The translations under genes and the position numbers were made by a program. This document shows positions 1 through 16,004 of a stretch of 64,000 bases of DNA, piece after piece (the first letter of the stretch is position 1; the number at the start of each line of letters is the position of its first letter). The notes below the pieces were generated by a model, which saw only the letters and a program-made list of their open reading frames with translations, searched no databases and had not been told where the DNA came from. This DNA comes from the human T2T-CHM13v2.0 reference genome, Homo sapiens: the NCBI RefSeq assembly GCF_009914755.1, contig NC_060928.1, one strand, 5' to 3'.

Positions 1-634
1 GTACTTTCTACTTAGCCCTGGATGATTCACTGCTGATCCCCAGAGCCACATTTTTCAGTCTATCAAATAGAATGAAAATCTGCCAGCCTTTCTGTCTTCT
101 GTTCTATGTAACTCTTAGTGCTAGGCAAAAATATAGTCTCCAAGGATTCTTATGCGGTTTAAATCGATGATGTCTAAGCTTCTCATAAGAAAGATGCTGT
201 ATCAATAGATGTAAGTCACTTATGATGATGTAATTGAAGATCCTTATAAAATGTTGCAAACCAGATAGAATACGTAATTGCCTAGATAAAGGTTGAATAT
301 TCAGCACAGCCTCACTTTTATGATTGTGAAAATAATACCTGTTGGGTTTGGAAAAGACAAAAAAAGTAAAATAGAAATTCACGCCTACAATATCTCCACA
401 CAAAGATAGCTGAAAATTTAATAAACATTTAAGATTGTTTGCCCCTTTTCTCCCTGTGAGAATAATATTCAAAATAATACACTGGCTGTCAAACAGGCAT
501 CTTTGTTGAATTAAATGCATCAATATAAATATTCATGGTATTGTCTTAGCTGTATCTCTAAGAAATGCACCAAGTCCCCTGTAAGAATATTGCTTTAGTT
601 ACTGGTGTTGCTGTGCATACATGTATTGCACAGT

Positions 635-670
635 CACACACACACGCACACACACACACGCATACACACG
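635..670. repeat. Imperfect (CA)n microsatellite
   Basis: cacacacacacgcacacacacacacgcatacacacg. Confidence 0.9.
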
Positions 671-904
671 TAAACCAAATTCCAGAGGCTTTACAAGTCT
701 TAGATCCATCTAGAGTCCTTGATTTGCCATTTGGATCCCTACCTTTCTTTCACTTTTCTCCTATTATCACCTTGGCAAGCTGAAACACTTGTTTTGGGAC
801 GAATCCTCTTCTAGCTTCTAGTACTTTGTTCATGTTCTCTCCACCTGCAAGGATCTCTGCATCTCTGTATGCTTGAAGTCTGTGATGCCAAACCATAAAG
901 TTAT

Positions 905-1136
905 GGAGGCAAAGAGCATGGGCTTTGGAACCAGACAGGTTAGGATCAGATTCTAAACCTGCTGCTGGCTCTGTGACCTAAGCAAGTCATTGAACTTTTG
1001 CCTCTGTTCCATTTGCCTCTGTTTCCTCATACAGAAGATAAAGATAATAACAGTTCTTACCTCCTGAGTGTGTTATGATGATTAAATACATTAAAATGTG
1101 TAAAGAACTTCCACACCAGACTCACAGAATGTACTC
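905..1136 (+). mobile_element. MIR SINE
   Basis: MIR-like 5' end (aagagcatgggctttggaaccagac), core (tgtgacctaagcaagtcattgaac...gtttcctcat) and 3' part; short internal duplication of tttgcctctgtt. Confidence 0.75.
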
Positions 1137-1384
1137 TGGAAAAGTTATATTACACTATCCTATTTTACCAATTTTATCAACTGTGCATACATATTTATTT
1201 TTCACATTTGAGCCTCACCAAGATCAGAATGCTTTAAAACATCAGTGATGTCTTAAAATCGTATCTAACTCAGATGACAGTTGTGTTGGGGTTGTGTGAG
1301 AGCCTCACAATGACACTTTCTAATAGAAATGCCCACATCAAAGAGTTTTAGTTTCCACAAAACAAGGACATCTACTTGTGTAAA

Positions 1385-1592
1385 ATAGTTGAGGGCAAGG
1401 ATTTTAAAATCACCTGCCTGGTTCTGCCACTTCCTGTGCCCTTGGGCAAGTTGCTTAACCTCTCAAAGTCTCTCTTTGTCCATCTGTAAATTAGTAGTAA
1501 TAATGGTCTCTACCTCACAAAGTTGTGTCATCATTGAATTCCATAATGAATGGAAAGCATTTAGCCTGTTACATAGTAAATTCTAAATAATA
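1385..1592 (+). mobile_element. MIR SINE
   Basis: Core cttgggcaagttgcttaacctctc...catctgtaaa...tacctcacaaagttgt. Confidence 0.75.
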
Positions 1593-1599
1593 ATAACCA

Positions 1600-1830
1600 T
1601 AAACATTTTTTAGCACTTACTAGGTACCAGTAACTACATGTAGTAATTGTGTCCTAAAGCCTTCACGTGACTAAATTTATTTAACACTTCCTCAAATCTT
1701 ACAACAGGATGCTAGAATTGTCTGTATTTTATAGGTGACGAAACTGAGGCACAAAAGGGTGACAATTTGTCAAGGTCACACTGTTGTTAAAAGGTAGAGC
1801 CAAACTTCAGAATCCATGCTCTTCTCCTCT
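1600..1830 (-). mobile_element. MIR SINE, tail-to-tail with the previous MIR
   Basis: Reverse core ttttataggtgacgaaactgaggcacaaaagggt...caaggtcaca. Confidence 0.75.
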
Positions 1831-1881
1831 AGGCTCCACTGCTACTCCACTGGAAAGAACAACTTGAAAGGAACAACTTGA

Positions 1882-2215
<334 letters not shown>

Positions 2216-4187
2216 TGAAGAGATACTGTGCTGGGGGAGGTGGGGAAGGGGCAGAGGCGGGGGAGGTGTCCGTCTGCTTCACTGTAACATCCACCAGCCT
2301 TACCTCTTCCTCTAAGGAAATGTTCAGCAAATGATTGAACAAAGTACCCATTATTTTAGTCCCACCTGGGCTGTCCTTTGTGGAGCTCAGCCAAATCCCC
2401 GCAAGGACCGGTAATTGCAGAGTTTTCAAAAACTGGACCCTGTGGACTGGGCTGCACACTGGGGTCTTTATCCATGAACAAACAATGCTGAAGAGAGAGC
2501 CCTCTTGCTCCAGGCAATGGAATGCTCACAGTGAAGAAATGTGAAACAGTTTCTCTTTGTGGTGAAACTCTAGCTACCCAGCCAGGCCCACAACCTACAC
2601 TCTGCTGTCAGGAGGTCAAGAGGGAGAATGGGGTATGGAAATTTGCAGATAAAGAACTGGAAAGCCAGCTTGGGTTAATGGCCCTCAGCTGACTGCTGGC
2701 AAAAATCTTTGTTTCCCCTGAAGTAGGCTGAGTTTCTTTCTGTTCCTCTTCCCCGGTATCCCTTCAAGCAGCACTGGGAAAACAGCACAAGGGTGACTGT
2801 AAGATGTAAGGAGCGCTCTGAGGTTGAGATACTGATCTCAGGGGAGTTTTTCCTCTGGTTGGGTGGGATCTAGAGCTGACATGGATTGCTCTGGAACTGT
2901 ACAAGTGTTCTGCACAGTAGTGGCTTGACTTCGGGGCAGGTGAGTTGTCATTAGAGCAGGAGATGGGAAGGGGATACAGGATAGCCTGGCAGGAGAGGTA
3001 GGCCAAGGCTAACTGTCAGGATGCTTCAAAGGCAGGGCTGAGCCTTACAGTGGCTGATGTATCTAGGTCAGTGCTTTTTAAATACAGATGTCAATCTTGA
3101 GTTCTTGTTCATATATAATTATCTCTATAAGACATTTCTTAACTTCTCTCATGGTCCTAAGCATAAAATAAGTCATAAAGCTTCAGGGAAATGTTGGGTA
3201 TATTTTTAATTAGGTGAAAAAACAAAATACTTTTCTTGATCTTCTTCTCACCACTTATAAATTAAAGTGTTGGTTCTAAAATAACAAGAACCCTGGCTTT
3301 TTCTTCATTGTCTTCTTAGTACCTAGCATGTGGCAGGTATTTAATATAAAATTTTTTTGAGTCAATGAGGAATAAAATTACTATCCAAGAATAAGTGGGT
3401 TCAACTCTGGTTTTGCACACAAACACGATTACTACAGCAGTGATCCATCTATCCCTGAGCTTCCAGTGGCACTTACTGTGTCTCTCTCTATCCATCTTGA
3501 GGCCACATTTAGCATTTTGACACATCTCTCCTTGTACCTTCTGGCCAGATGTGTAACTTGAAAGGCAAAGCTATAGCTATGAAAAAAAGAGCAGTGGTTT
3601 CTAAGAGTTGGGAGTAGAGGGTTGAAGAAATGAAGCACAGGGTTTTCTAGGGCAGTGAAATTATTCTGTATAATACTGTTATGGTAGATACATGACCATA
3701 TGCATTTGTCAAAACACATAGAACTTTACAGCACAAAGAGTAAACATTCTGCATGCAAATTTTTAAAGAATCATTTAAGAGGATGGGGGATCCTCAGTTG
3801 GAATGCAGATTGCAACAGAACCACCTAATTATATTACAAAAGTGTGAAACAATTTCACTGCAGGGGGTTGGGGAGAAAAGTCCTGACACAAGTAACTTTG
3901 GATGTGAGCAGAATCTGTAACACTAAGGGCAAAGGAAACTGTACATAAGCACTATAGTTGAAAAAGTTATTTTCCCATAGGTACAGGTTAACAGTGTAGA
4001 TATATGTAACAATACACTACACATGTAAGCTGAAATTAAACAATTTAGGAAATGGATAATTTCTCATGGTTACAGTGGGAATTTACAGGTAATCAACTGG
4101 AGGAGGCTATAGTCATCCATGTGCTAATAGTTCAGAGTTCAAGAGATCAAGTATAAACTGTGTTTAACTTAATATAGATATAGATGG

Positions 4188-4536
4188 TGTCTTAGTTTGT
4201 TTCATGCTGCTATAACAGAATACCTAAGGCTGGAAAATTTATAATGCACAGACATTTATCGACTCACAATTCTGGAGGCTAGGAAGTCCAATATCAAGGT
4301 GCTGGCATCTGGCAAGGGCCTTCTTGCTGCATCATCACACGGAGGAAGGTGAGAGGGCAAAGAATAAGGGCAAGAAAGGGTAGAATTCACCCTCTTATAA
4401 TGGTACCAATCCCACTCATGATGGTGGAGCCCTCGTGGCCTAATCACCTCTTAAAGGTCTCACCTCTTAATACTGTTACAATGGCAATTAAATTTCAATG
4501 TGAGTTTTGGAGGGGACAAACATTCAAATTATAGCA
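4188..4536 (-). mobile_element. MaLR solo LTR (MSTC/MSTD/MLT1A-like) nested in L1
   Basis: tgtcttagt...aggggacaaacattcaaattatagca termini; perfect 5-bp TSD gatgg (4183-4187, 4537-4541). Confidence 0.88.
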
Positions 4537-5468
4537 GATGGTTATATATAGGAATATTTATATATGTGTGTGTATATACAGGTTAATATACATATATCCT
4601 TTATCTGTCATCTGAAAGGGCCTAGAAGTAATGACACCATAGTAGCCATGAGCACAGCTAGTAACCAGATTGTGGTTTCTAATATCATTCTCCAGCAAAG
4701 AACTCAGGGCTCCTTGGAAAAATGGCTGATTCCAGGACAGGGGCAGGAAATATACAGATTGATCCTGGAGCATCTTGTAGTGCCAGAGACTAAGAAAGTG
4801 TTAAACACACACACACAATTAGGGGGTGTTCACAGTCAAATGGACACAAGAGCCAAATGAAAGAGTGCCCAAGAGCCAAAGCTGGAGAAATTTGATCAAT
4901 AATCATAATTTGGATTATAACCCAAAGTATGAAATAAATATCTGAGTTTATACTGACATAAATAAATGATTAAATAAATAAATAAATGATTGAATAAATA
5001 GAAAAATGGTGGAGAATAAATAAATCTCCTGCGTAAAATCAGAATAATTTATACAGGTACTCCACTCTCAAGTAGGTGGAACCTAGCTCCCCATTCCTAA
5101 GTGTGGACTGCACATCATGACTTTCTCTCAAAGAGGACAGTATGGAAAGGGGGTCTAACAATCACTTTACAGTGGAGAAACCTGTCAAACAAGCAATCAG
5201 GGTCAACTTCAACAGTAACGAGTCATGCTGACGTAGATACCTTTCATATAATGTGATGAGAATGTCACTTTATCTTTGTAATTTTCCTCACCCATACCCA
5301 TAACTCCAGTCTAATCATGCAAAAACATCAGACAAATCCCACCTGAGGTACATTCCACAAGATACTTGATAGGTACTCCTAAAACTGTCAAGGTCATCAA
5401 AAAGAAGGTAAGTCATAGCCAAAAGGATCCCAAAGACACATGACAACTAAATGTAAAGTGGCATCCCA

Positions 5469-6013
<545 letters not shown>

Positions 6014-7069
6014 TTATTTTGTTTACAAATTTACCTATAGATTTTATGGGTTTATGGGGAGGTTAAAGAGAAGGTAACCTCCCAGCTCCTCCAGCTAAGC
6101 TTACTCATACTCCTACTCCAACATTCATTCTGTACTCTCTCTGGTATCTCCCTTCTATGTCCTCCCATGCAGGTCTCTGTTCTCTATTTTGACTAGAGTC
6201 TCTCAATCCTCCATTTCTACTCCAACACATACAGCTTCTAAAAATCTCCAAGCAATTCAGTATTTGTCCTCAGCCTGCGTAGTCCACTCAACACAACAAA
6301 TTCCTATACTTAGCTGAGAAGCAATCAACTTTGTTCTTCAAGCATGCCCACTAGGATGTATTAGCTCTCTTACCATAGCCAATTTAGGCAGATGTTCTCA
6401 AATGCCTTCATTCTCACTCAGTGCATGGTTTCCAGAGAAATTTCAAACAACTCCTAAAGTAAAAAATTTATGTGGAAGAAGCTCCTAGCAATCCAACCTT
6501 AAACAGAGAGATAATGTCCAGGAGTCCACAAGATTGAGGGAGTAGAATTTATGAAGCTCAATTATAACTGTCATAAAAATTACAAAGTATAAAAAAACAG
6601 GGCACAAAGGGCAGGTGCTTAACAAGCTGAAATTGATGCATGCCAAAAGAATATAAAAAAGCAAAACTAAGGGAAAAGGTTGCTACTGAACTCTAGGCTC
6701 CCGACAGCTGAATTAATCTCTCCAGCATGGTGCTAAGTTACGCAGGGGCTGAGTTCGTCCTCAAGTGTCATGATAATTTGCACAGACCTACTCTGTCTCC
6801 TGATTTCTTTGGGTAAACAACAAATAGTCACCTGAAAAAGAACCAGGAGCGGCAAGGGTGATCAGAGGCAGCAGTGTCAAACATCCGTGACCTTTATCCT
6901 CTACCCTCACTGAGTCCAGTAGGCCGACAGGGAAATACCTTAACCCTTTGGAGCTATGGGATCTTTTAATAAACCACAGCAGAAATACCCTAGCTAGCTA
7001 ACTAGCTAGTGGTAAGAAAGAGATGTCTGCAAAAAAGAAGAAAAACAACAGGGTGAATGGCAGTCTCTT

Positions 7070-7226
7070 TTTCTTTCTTTATTTTTATTATTATTATTTT
7101 TTTAGAGATGGAGAATCCCTATGTTGCCCAGGCTGGTCTTGAACTCCTGGGCTCTAGCAATGCTCCCACCTTGGCCTCAGCCTCCCAAAGTGCTGGGATT
7201 ACAGGCATGAGCCACGGCACCCAGCC
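7070..7226 (-). mobile_element. Alu monomer (FLAM_C-like)
   Basis: Left-arm sequence only, with T-rich tail; ends ccacggcacccagcc. Confidence 0.8.
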
Positions 7227-7306
7227 TGATATTTCTTCTTAAAAGAACCATTATATATAAATATATGTGAGTGTGTACATGTAAAAGGATAGCACTCTAC
7301 TTTTAG

Positions 7307-7671
<365 letters not shown>

Positions 7672-7997
7672 ACCTCCACTGAAATCTTATTACCACAATG
7701 TTTTCCTAGGATATTCCAGCCATAACTTGGCAGGATGCTGAGGGTTACTCTTCTCACTTTCAGTTTAAAATCTGGTTGCTTCAATTTAATAATTCATCTA
7801 TTAGTAATAACAAGCATGTCTATTCCTGATTTAGGAAATTCAAACAAAATTTAGAATTTGAATTCTCAATCTGTCAACAACTACTTGCGTGACTTTGATA
7901 ATTCATTATTTTCTCTTGGCCCCCATTTTTCTGAGGTTCTCTTAAATTTGAAAATATTTCTAATTTTAAGTACAAACTCAATATATGCTTATCTTCT

Positions 7998-8362
7998 TGC
8001 AATAAACTAAATATTTGTGTCTCCCCAATATTCATATGTTGAAATTCTAATCCTGATGTGATGGTATTTGGAGGTGGGAGATTTAAGCGGTAACTGGGTC
8101 ATGAAGGGAGAGCTCTCAGGAATGGGATTAATGCCCTTGTAAGAAGAGGCCAGAGAGCTAACTGGATCTCTTTCTGCCCTGTGAGGACACAATTGTAAGA
8201 TGGCAATCTACAATCCGGAAGAGGGCCTTCACCAGAACCCAGCCATGCTGGCCCCCTGATCTTGCATTTCTGGCTGCCAGAACTGTGAGAAATCAATTCC
8301 TGTTGTTGACAAGCCACCCAGTCTATGGTACTTTGTTACAGCACTCCAAGCTGACTAAGACA
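7998..8362 (+). mobile_element. MLT1A/MLT1A0 solo LTR
   Basis: tgca...ttcatatgttgaaattctaatcc...gtgaggacac...gactaagaca; TSD cttct/cctct. Confidence 0.85.
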
Positions 8363-8399
8363 CCTCTTTTGAATTCCCATTAGAAATTTATAGGCTTCT

Positions 8400-8438
8400 G
8401 GTTGGGCATGGTGGCTCATGCCTGTAATCTCAACATTT
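8400..8438 (+). mobile_element. Alu 5' fragment
   Basis: ggttgggcatggtggctcatgcctgtaatctcaacattt, then similarity stops. Confidence 0.7.
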
Positions 8439-9122
8439 AGCTGAGTCCCTAAGTCTCCGTACTAGGAGGCTTCTATTTGGGTCCTAGGAGGAATTTTTCT
8501 CGAATACAAGTTCACCTGCATTTGAGGATATTGAGTCACCCAAGCATTACATAAAACCAATATGTTGACTTCATTTGGGCCTTGATAATCCTCTATATTC
8601 GAGGGGAAAAGGGATGATTTTTAGGCAGTAATTCTCCAATAGTTGGGAGCAGGGCAACCTCTACCTCTGGTGAATAACTAAGGTACCAAGATATTGGACA
8701 AACTCTATCTGAAGGTCTAGTAGATCTAGGGTCCTCCCCTTGCACCCAGTTGCAATAACTGAACTTATTTAAACATACAGGTAAATTTTTTAAAGGGCTT
8801 GGTTTTGTATTGACACAGCCATTAGCTCATTGAAACTGTAAGAATTTAAAATACACAATGTTCCCGTAACGCATGGCAAAGTCAGCGTATTGCCACCAGG
8901 GAAAAAGGGAAGTGGCCTCCCAAGAGGATGACAGCTACCACGCTGGTGCCTTCACCATAGCCTGGAGAGTGGATCTCAATCGTGCAGGCTCAAAACCCTG
9001 ATAAGTAACAATCAGAGAAGCAGATTCATGATTCTAGCAGGCCCAGAATGCATGAAGTAAAGTGCCAGTGCATCAATTTACAAGGAGAAATGACTATCCT
9101 AGGCATCTGAGTGTTCAGTATT

Positions 9123-9473
9123 TACTATGGTGTATTTGTTTCCCTCCAAAATTCATATGTTGAGACCTAATCCCCAATGTGATGATACCAAGAGGTGGAG
9201 CTTTTGGGAGATGTTTAGGTCATGATTAGGTCATGAAGGCAGAGCCCTCATGAATATGATTAATGCCCATGTAAAAGAAGCCCAGTGGGGCTTGATCCTC
9301 TCTTCCACCCATGAGGACACCGCCAGAAGGTGCCACCTGTGAACCAGGAAATGAGCCCTCACCAGGCACCAAATCTGCCGATGCCTTGATCTTGGACTTC
9401 CAGCTTCCAGAACTATGAGGATCAAATTCTCTTGTTCATAAGCTAAGCAGTCTGTAGCATTCTGTTGTAGCTG
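9123..9473 (+). mobile_element. MLT1A-like solo LTR
   Basis: ccctccaaaattcatatgttgagacctaatccccaatgtgatg...ccttgatcttggacttccagc; internal tandem duplication of ttaggtcatga. Confidence 0.82.
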
Positions 9474-9836
9474 TGCAGTTAGCAGAGCCCCACGGGAAGT
9501 TAAGTCAGCACCAGACAGTGGTGCTAAGCATGAAATCAGAACATGAGCCGAATCTTCAAAGCATGGAGCAAGACCCTCTGATATTAGTCAGGATTTTCTG
9601 GGGCCTGTCATTGTAAGCCCCCTTTCCCCGCCCAGTACTTACACACAAGGCACAAGGGACCTCACGGCCAACAAATGGCACTCTTCCCTTCTCTCCACTT
9701 CCCAGAAACAACTACCGCACCTGGAGGGTGAACAAGTTCCTTTTTAGAGTCTATTTGTCTTTTCCATCTCGCTTCCTGGCCTAGGCCCATTCCTTCTCCT
9801 TGGATCTGCATTACTGCCTGGTGGCTTGGTCTATCT

Positions 9837-10175
9837 CAGTGCTTCTGAAACTATCTGTGATAAGGGACTATTTCTTTTTCTTGTTTGGTTTCCCATCAAT
9901 CTCAAACTGGTATTTTCATAAAGTACAAAAAAAATTTGTTGACAAATAAATTAAAACAATAATGTATTTATAAATTAAAATATAAAATTAAATATATAAA
10001 TATATAAAATGTAAAAATTAAAATAAATAATGCAAGCCCCAATTCTTATGAGTCAACAGACCTAAAACTTATTAGCTAAATTGCTATAAAAACTTAACAA
10101 TGCTTACTTTTAATTTCAGTGCTTTGCATACTACAGACCAGTAATGAACAGCTCGCTGAACATTTTGGTTGTAGA
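9837..10175. mobile_element. hAT-Charlie non-autonomous element (Charlie4a-like)
   Basis: TIR-like start cagtgcttctgaaactatctgtg and degenerate far end cagaccagtaatgaacagctcgc; same start as the element at 11316. Confidence 0.55.
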
Positions 10176-10179
10176 TTAT

Positions 10180-10735
10180 CACCAGGAATTTGCAGATAAA
10201 ACCACAGTGAGATACTATTACACCCCTACCAGCATGGCTAATATTAGAAAGACTGTCAATATCAAATATTTGAAAGGCAGTGGAGCACCTAGACTCTCAC
10301 ATATATTGCTGTTAAAACTGGAAATTGGTACATTGTTTTGAAAAACTCCTTGGCAGTGTCTATTAAACAGAAGTTTAATAGATACAGAAGTATCCAATGA
10401 CCCAGGGATCTCACTCCTGGGAATACACCCATAAGAAATGAATGCTATGTCAACCAAAAAATATATACAAGAATGCTTATGGTAGCACTATTTTTAATAA
10501 CCCCCACAAAAGAAATAACCCAGATATTCATCAATAGTAGAGTGGATAAATAAATCACAGTATAGTCACATGATGGAGTACTAAACAGTAATGAAAAAGA
10601 ATAAACTACTGCTGTGCACACAACTGGGTGAACCTCACAACCACAATGCTCAGTGAAAGAAGCTGGATCCTCCAAAAAGAAACTGTGCAGTTCCATTCAT
10701 ACGAAGATCAGAAACAAGCAGAAGTGATCTATACT
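10180..10735 (+). mobile_element. L1ME-type fragment (end of ORF2 and start of 3'UTR)
   Basis: aaaaccacagtgagatactattacacc, aatgacccagggatctcactcctgggaatacaccc, tcaatagtagagtggataaataaa. Confidence 0.8.
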
Positions 10736-10811
10736 CACAGAAGAAATATTTCTAAATCTCAAGTTTGAGGAATCACTCTTCTATAGTTTCTAAGTACTGA
10801 CTCATTAACTA

Positions 10812-11171
<360 letters not shown>

Positions 11172-11735
11172 TCACTTTTCAAATAAATAGTATTTATTTA
11201 CTCTGGAAGCCTCTGGACTTGGTTCAAAAATGAAAAACAAAGCTTTTGGTCAATCAGCTAACAAATAGGGTATGTTTCATTAAATTTCAAACAACACATA
11301 GAGTGCCCACTAAGTCAGTGCTTCTCAAAAAATATGTGGTGTAGAACAAACGTTTTGTTCGTTTGCTTGGTTTGTTTTCAATTTGTCACAGATACTTTTA
11401 GAAATTCAATAAAAATAAAGTATGAGATAAAATTTAAAGTGGCCTACAAAATAAAAATCCTATATATTATTATTAGAGGTAGCAGAAAAATTATAGTTTA
11501 ATAACATAGCTAGAAGAAACATAGTATGAGAAAAAGAAAATTATAAAAATTGTGCACATTGTTGATTGGAAGTATGCATGCAGCCATTTAATATGGAAAA
11601 TTGCTATTCAATTATAATTTTTGTTCTGCAGTCATAACTAAAAAGTTATAAAGAAAATAATCATTTCTCATGTTATACATCTATATGCAGATGAACAAAC
11701 ATTTTCAGCAAACACCTCTATGCATATCAATATTA

Positions 11736-12350
<615 letters not shown>

Positions 12351-12359
12351 TAAAATAGG

Positions 12360-13632
12360 TAATGTGAAAAATGAGCTTACTTCTTTCTCGTTAATTTAGC
12401 TAATATGGGTTGGATTGGTGACAGCAATACTTACAGAGGATAATTCTAAACTGCTTCTATATAAAACTTGTTAGTAAAACCATTTTACTAACATTCATAG
12501 CTGAGAAGAGTGTCACAGAGGTGTATTGACAGAAATAGAAAAGAGATGTTAAATAGTAATTTTAGCAAGCTCAGGATATTCATTAACAATTATCCAAGAC
12601 AATTTATCTTCAATCCTTCATTAGTGATCGGTTTTAACAATTGTTTTGTATTTAATAATTTTTTTGCTAAACTTCCACGAAAGAAATATATTCTAGGTTG
12701 TGTGAGGTGGCCCATGCCTATAATCCCAGCACTTTGGGAGGCTGAGGCTGATGGACTGCTTGAGCCCAGGAGTTTGAGACCAGCATTGGCAATGTGGCAA
12801 AACCTCATCTCCGCAAAACATACAAAAAAATAGCGAGGCATGGTGACGTGTGCCTGTGGTCCCAGCTACTCAGGAGGCTGAGTTGAAAAGATCACTTGAA
12901 CCCAGGAGTTGGAGACTGCAGTGGGCTCTGAGTGCACCACCACACTCCAGCCTGGGTGACAGAGCGAGACCCTGTCTCTAATTAACGAAAAAAAGAAAGA
13001 AAATTGAAGAAGAAGAAATAGATTCTAGATCCAAAACTTTCTTATACTGTATGTGGAAAAATCAAATTTGAAATGCACTATCACATTCATAAATTGTCTG
13101 GTGATAACTTTCCACAGGCGTGAAATATCTGTTTATCACCTACTTCATTGGTCGTGTTACTTTAATATCATAACGATTTATAGAAACAGTGTCATTCCAA
13201 GTTTCTAACTTCTATTTTTGCCCTTTCCTATGTTTCTGTCATTAAAAGACAATGTTGCTTCCCTTCCTTGCATCGAGTATTAATTTTATTGAAAATGTGA
13301 AGATATCAGACAACAACAAAATCTGGATTTATACCTTTTAAAAGTTGGGAAACTGGTTTTTTATCTTGCAGAAATACCAAAAGTTCATTTTACAGTTTAA
13401 ACATCCTCAACAGAATTTTCCCCTCAGTAACAATCACATCTCAGTATGCATTCAGGGTTGTTTGTGATCAGCCTTTATATTATAAAACAATAAAGAAAAT
13501 CCCTTTGAATTTAACACATTAGCCTCTACATCATTCACAATATTTCTTACCTCACTAAGCATACTGTTTAGTCCAGCTGACACATTTTCTTCATGCAAGA
13601 CTTTCTTGATGAAGGAAATAGAGTGTGCTCTT
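12360..13632 (-). pseudogene. Decayed hAT (Buster/Charlie, ZBED9/SCAND3-like) transposase C-terminal half
   Basis: Manual minus-strand translation gives [95 protein letters not shown] and YPL*VLLSPIQPILAKLTRKK*AHFSH, in the order expected for hAT transposases; many stops and frameshifts. Confidence 0.8.
12696..13012 (+). mobile_element. AluJ inside the transposase fossil
   Basis: Full dimer; TSD aagaaatatattcta / aagaaatagattcta. Confidence 0.9.
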
Positions 13633-14254
13633 AATTAGAGCAACTACTGCAAAATGGTGTCCTGTCATTGTCATCAGGACATTCTTGTATACAAAATTTA
13701 AACCAAAAGCCACACCTGTTAACATTGATTACGTGCTTGGATTCCATTCTAAAAGTTTCTGCTTGCTTCCTCTTGATTTCTGTCCCAGCAGATAGGTAAC
13801 AGATAGTTCACAGATCAGCACTGTGCAGACAACGATGTGAGCAGCTCCCCTCCAAGCAGTTAACCGAACTCAGATAATCTGCAAGGGAAAGTGTGCATTA
13901 ACAAGTTAATTTCAATGATTGCCACCACTCCCTGCAGTTAATGAAATCTGAAGTGACAACATGGAACAGCATTTGGCACAGTGTGCCACACAGAAATACA
14001 CCGAGAATTTGCTGGTCTCTGAAAATGTTTCTTTGTGCTGTAGTTATTGATAAGGTCTTGGCTTGTTAGATCATCTAGCTGTTGTATAAATAACATAATA
14101 GTAGATTCTAAACTATGATGCAGCAGGCAAGAAACTGTCTTTAAAATGACAACATGACTCTTTCTTACCAAGTAATGGCGTCTGCAGTATTCTCCAGAAT
14201 TAATGTATTTTTGAAAAATAAAGTAGCTTCTCAACTATCAGCTGTTATGTATCT

Positions 14255-14835
14255 ACTTTCCTGCTTTCCCTTACTCGCTTAGTTTTAGCCACGTTGGCTC
14301 CCTTTTTATTTCTTTTGTTTGTATGTCTTTTATATTAAGAGATGGGGTCTTGCTATGTTGTCCAGGCTGACCTCAAACTTCTGAACTCAAGCCATCCTCC
14401 CACCTCAGCCTCCCAAGTTGCTGGGACTATAGGCATACGCCACCATGTGCCGCCTCCCCGTTCCATTTCTCGAGCTCTTCAGGCTCACTGGCATCCGAGG
14501 TCTATGCACTTGCTGTTCTCTCCATCTGGAACTCTCTGCCTCCAATTCTCGAAGAAGTTGCTTCCTTCTCATCCTCAGACTCCATTTAAATGTCCTTCAA
14601 GGAGGGACTTTATTCAACATCCAGTTCAAAGGAGTCACTCAGTCCCTCTCAAATCTTTCTTTAAGTCTCCGCAAAGCATTTCTCATTATGTGTGTTTTCA
14701 GTGTTCATCTTCATCCACTAGAGTGCGGCTACATCGAAAAGTGGCTTGGTTTTCTTGTCCACTGCTATATTCCCCCATACCTAGGATAGGTCCTGTCCCA
14801 GGGTTGGTATTTGATAGTTACTGAGTGAAGGAAAG
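14255..14835 (+). mobile_element. L2 3' fragment
   Basis: tgcacttgctgttctctccatctggaactctct, ttaaatgtcct, 3' end cctaggataggtcctgtcccaggg...ctgagtgaaggaa. Confidence 0.6.
14305..14455 (-). mobile_element. Alu monomer (FLAM_A-like) inside L2
   Basis: agagatggggtcttgctatgttgtccaggctg...cctcagcctcccaagttgctgggactatagg. Confidence 0.8.
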
Positions 14836-15414
14836 GCTGAAGGTCACAACATGAGTCCAGGGTTCATTCCTTATGCACAAGTTGGGCTCCTACACTCAGT
14901 GCCGTGGGAGACACAGATGTGTGACATGGTCCCTACTCACTGGTTGACAGTCTATATTGCAGGAATGATACATATACATATGACTATGGATCAAATCAAA
15001 TCATTGTAAGGTTGGAGCCACAAGAGAGCTATAAATTATTCTCATGGTTCAGAGAAGAAAGAAGTAACTTTAGGCTTAATAGAGAGGGTGATGTTGTGAT
15101 ATTTACACGGGCTGTGGTTGATGAGCACATTTTGGATGAGGGAATATTTTTAAGGGCAAGGCAAGAATGCCAATACATCCCTAACATTTGCCTACAAATC
15201 CTATGGGGAGCCCAGCTCAGGGTCTCACATAACGCAGGAACTTAGATGTCTGTAGAATAAAGCAGCAACCTGAACTCTCAGTTTCAATTTGTCTGAGACT
15301 GTTTTAGAACTATGTATATGTGCATCAGAACTATATGAAGATAAATAATGAAAATACAGTTGCTCAGCTAATTTCTGAGCAGTCATTCCTGGCCATGACT
15401 AATGTAAATAGTGT

Positions 15415-15635
15415 GTGGAATGTGGAGTTTCAGTCACTCAGACAGCCTGTGCCCAAAGGCCAGCCCTATTACCTACCAGCAGGTGTCCTTGGGCAATTTA
15501 TATCATTTTTCTAAAGCCTATTTCCTTTGTTATAAAATGGGAATAATACCTTCTTTAAAGTATTTTAAATACTTTAAAATAAGGATTAAAAGAGTTAATT
15601 CAAATAAAATATCTGGCAAAAACTAAGCTCTCAAC
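15415..15635 (+). mobile_element. MIR SINE
   Basis: gtgtccttgggcaattta...tttcctttgttataaaatgggaataatacc...aggattaaaagagttaat. Confidence 0.65.
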
Positions 15636-15638
15636 TAA

Positions 15639-16004
<366 letters not shown>

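Noticed and set aside
104-523. 139-aa minus-strand ORF
   Set aside because: AT-rich, low-information translation with no recognisable domain or splice context; expected by chance.
13880-14240. Possible processed-pseudogene or small-RNA remnant ending near aataaa
   Set aside because: No poly(A), TSD, recognisable protein or RNA-family motif.
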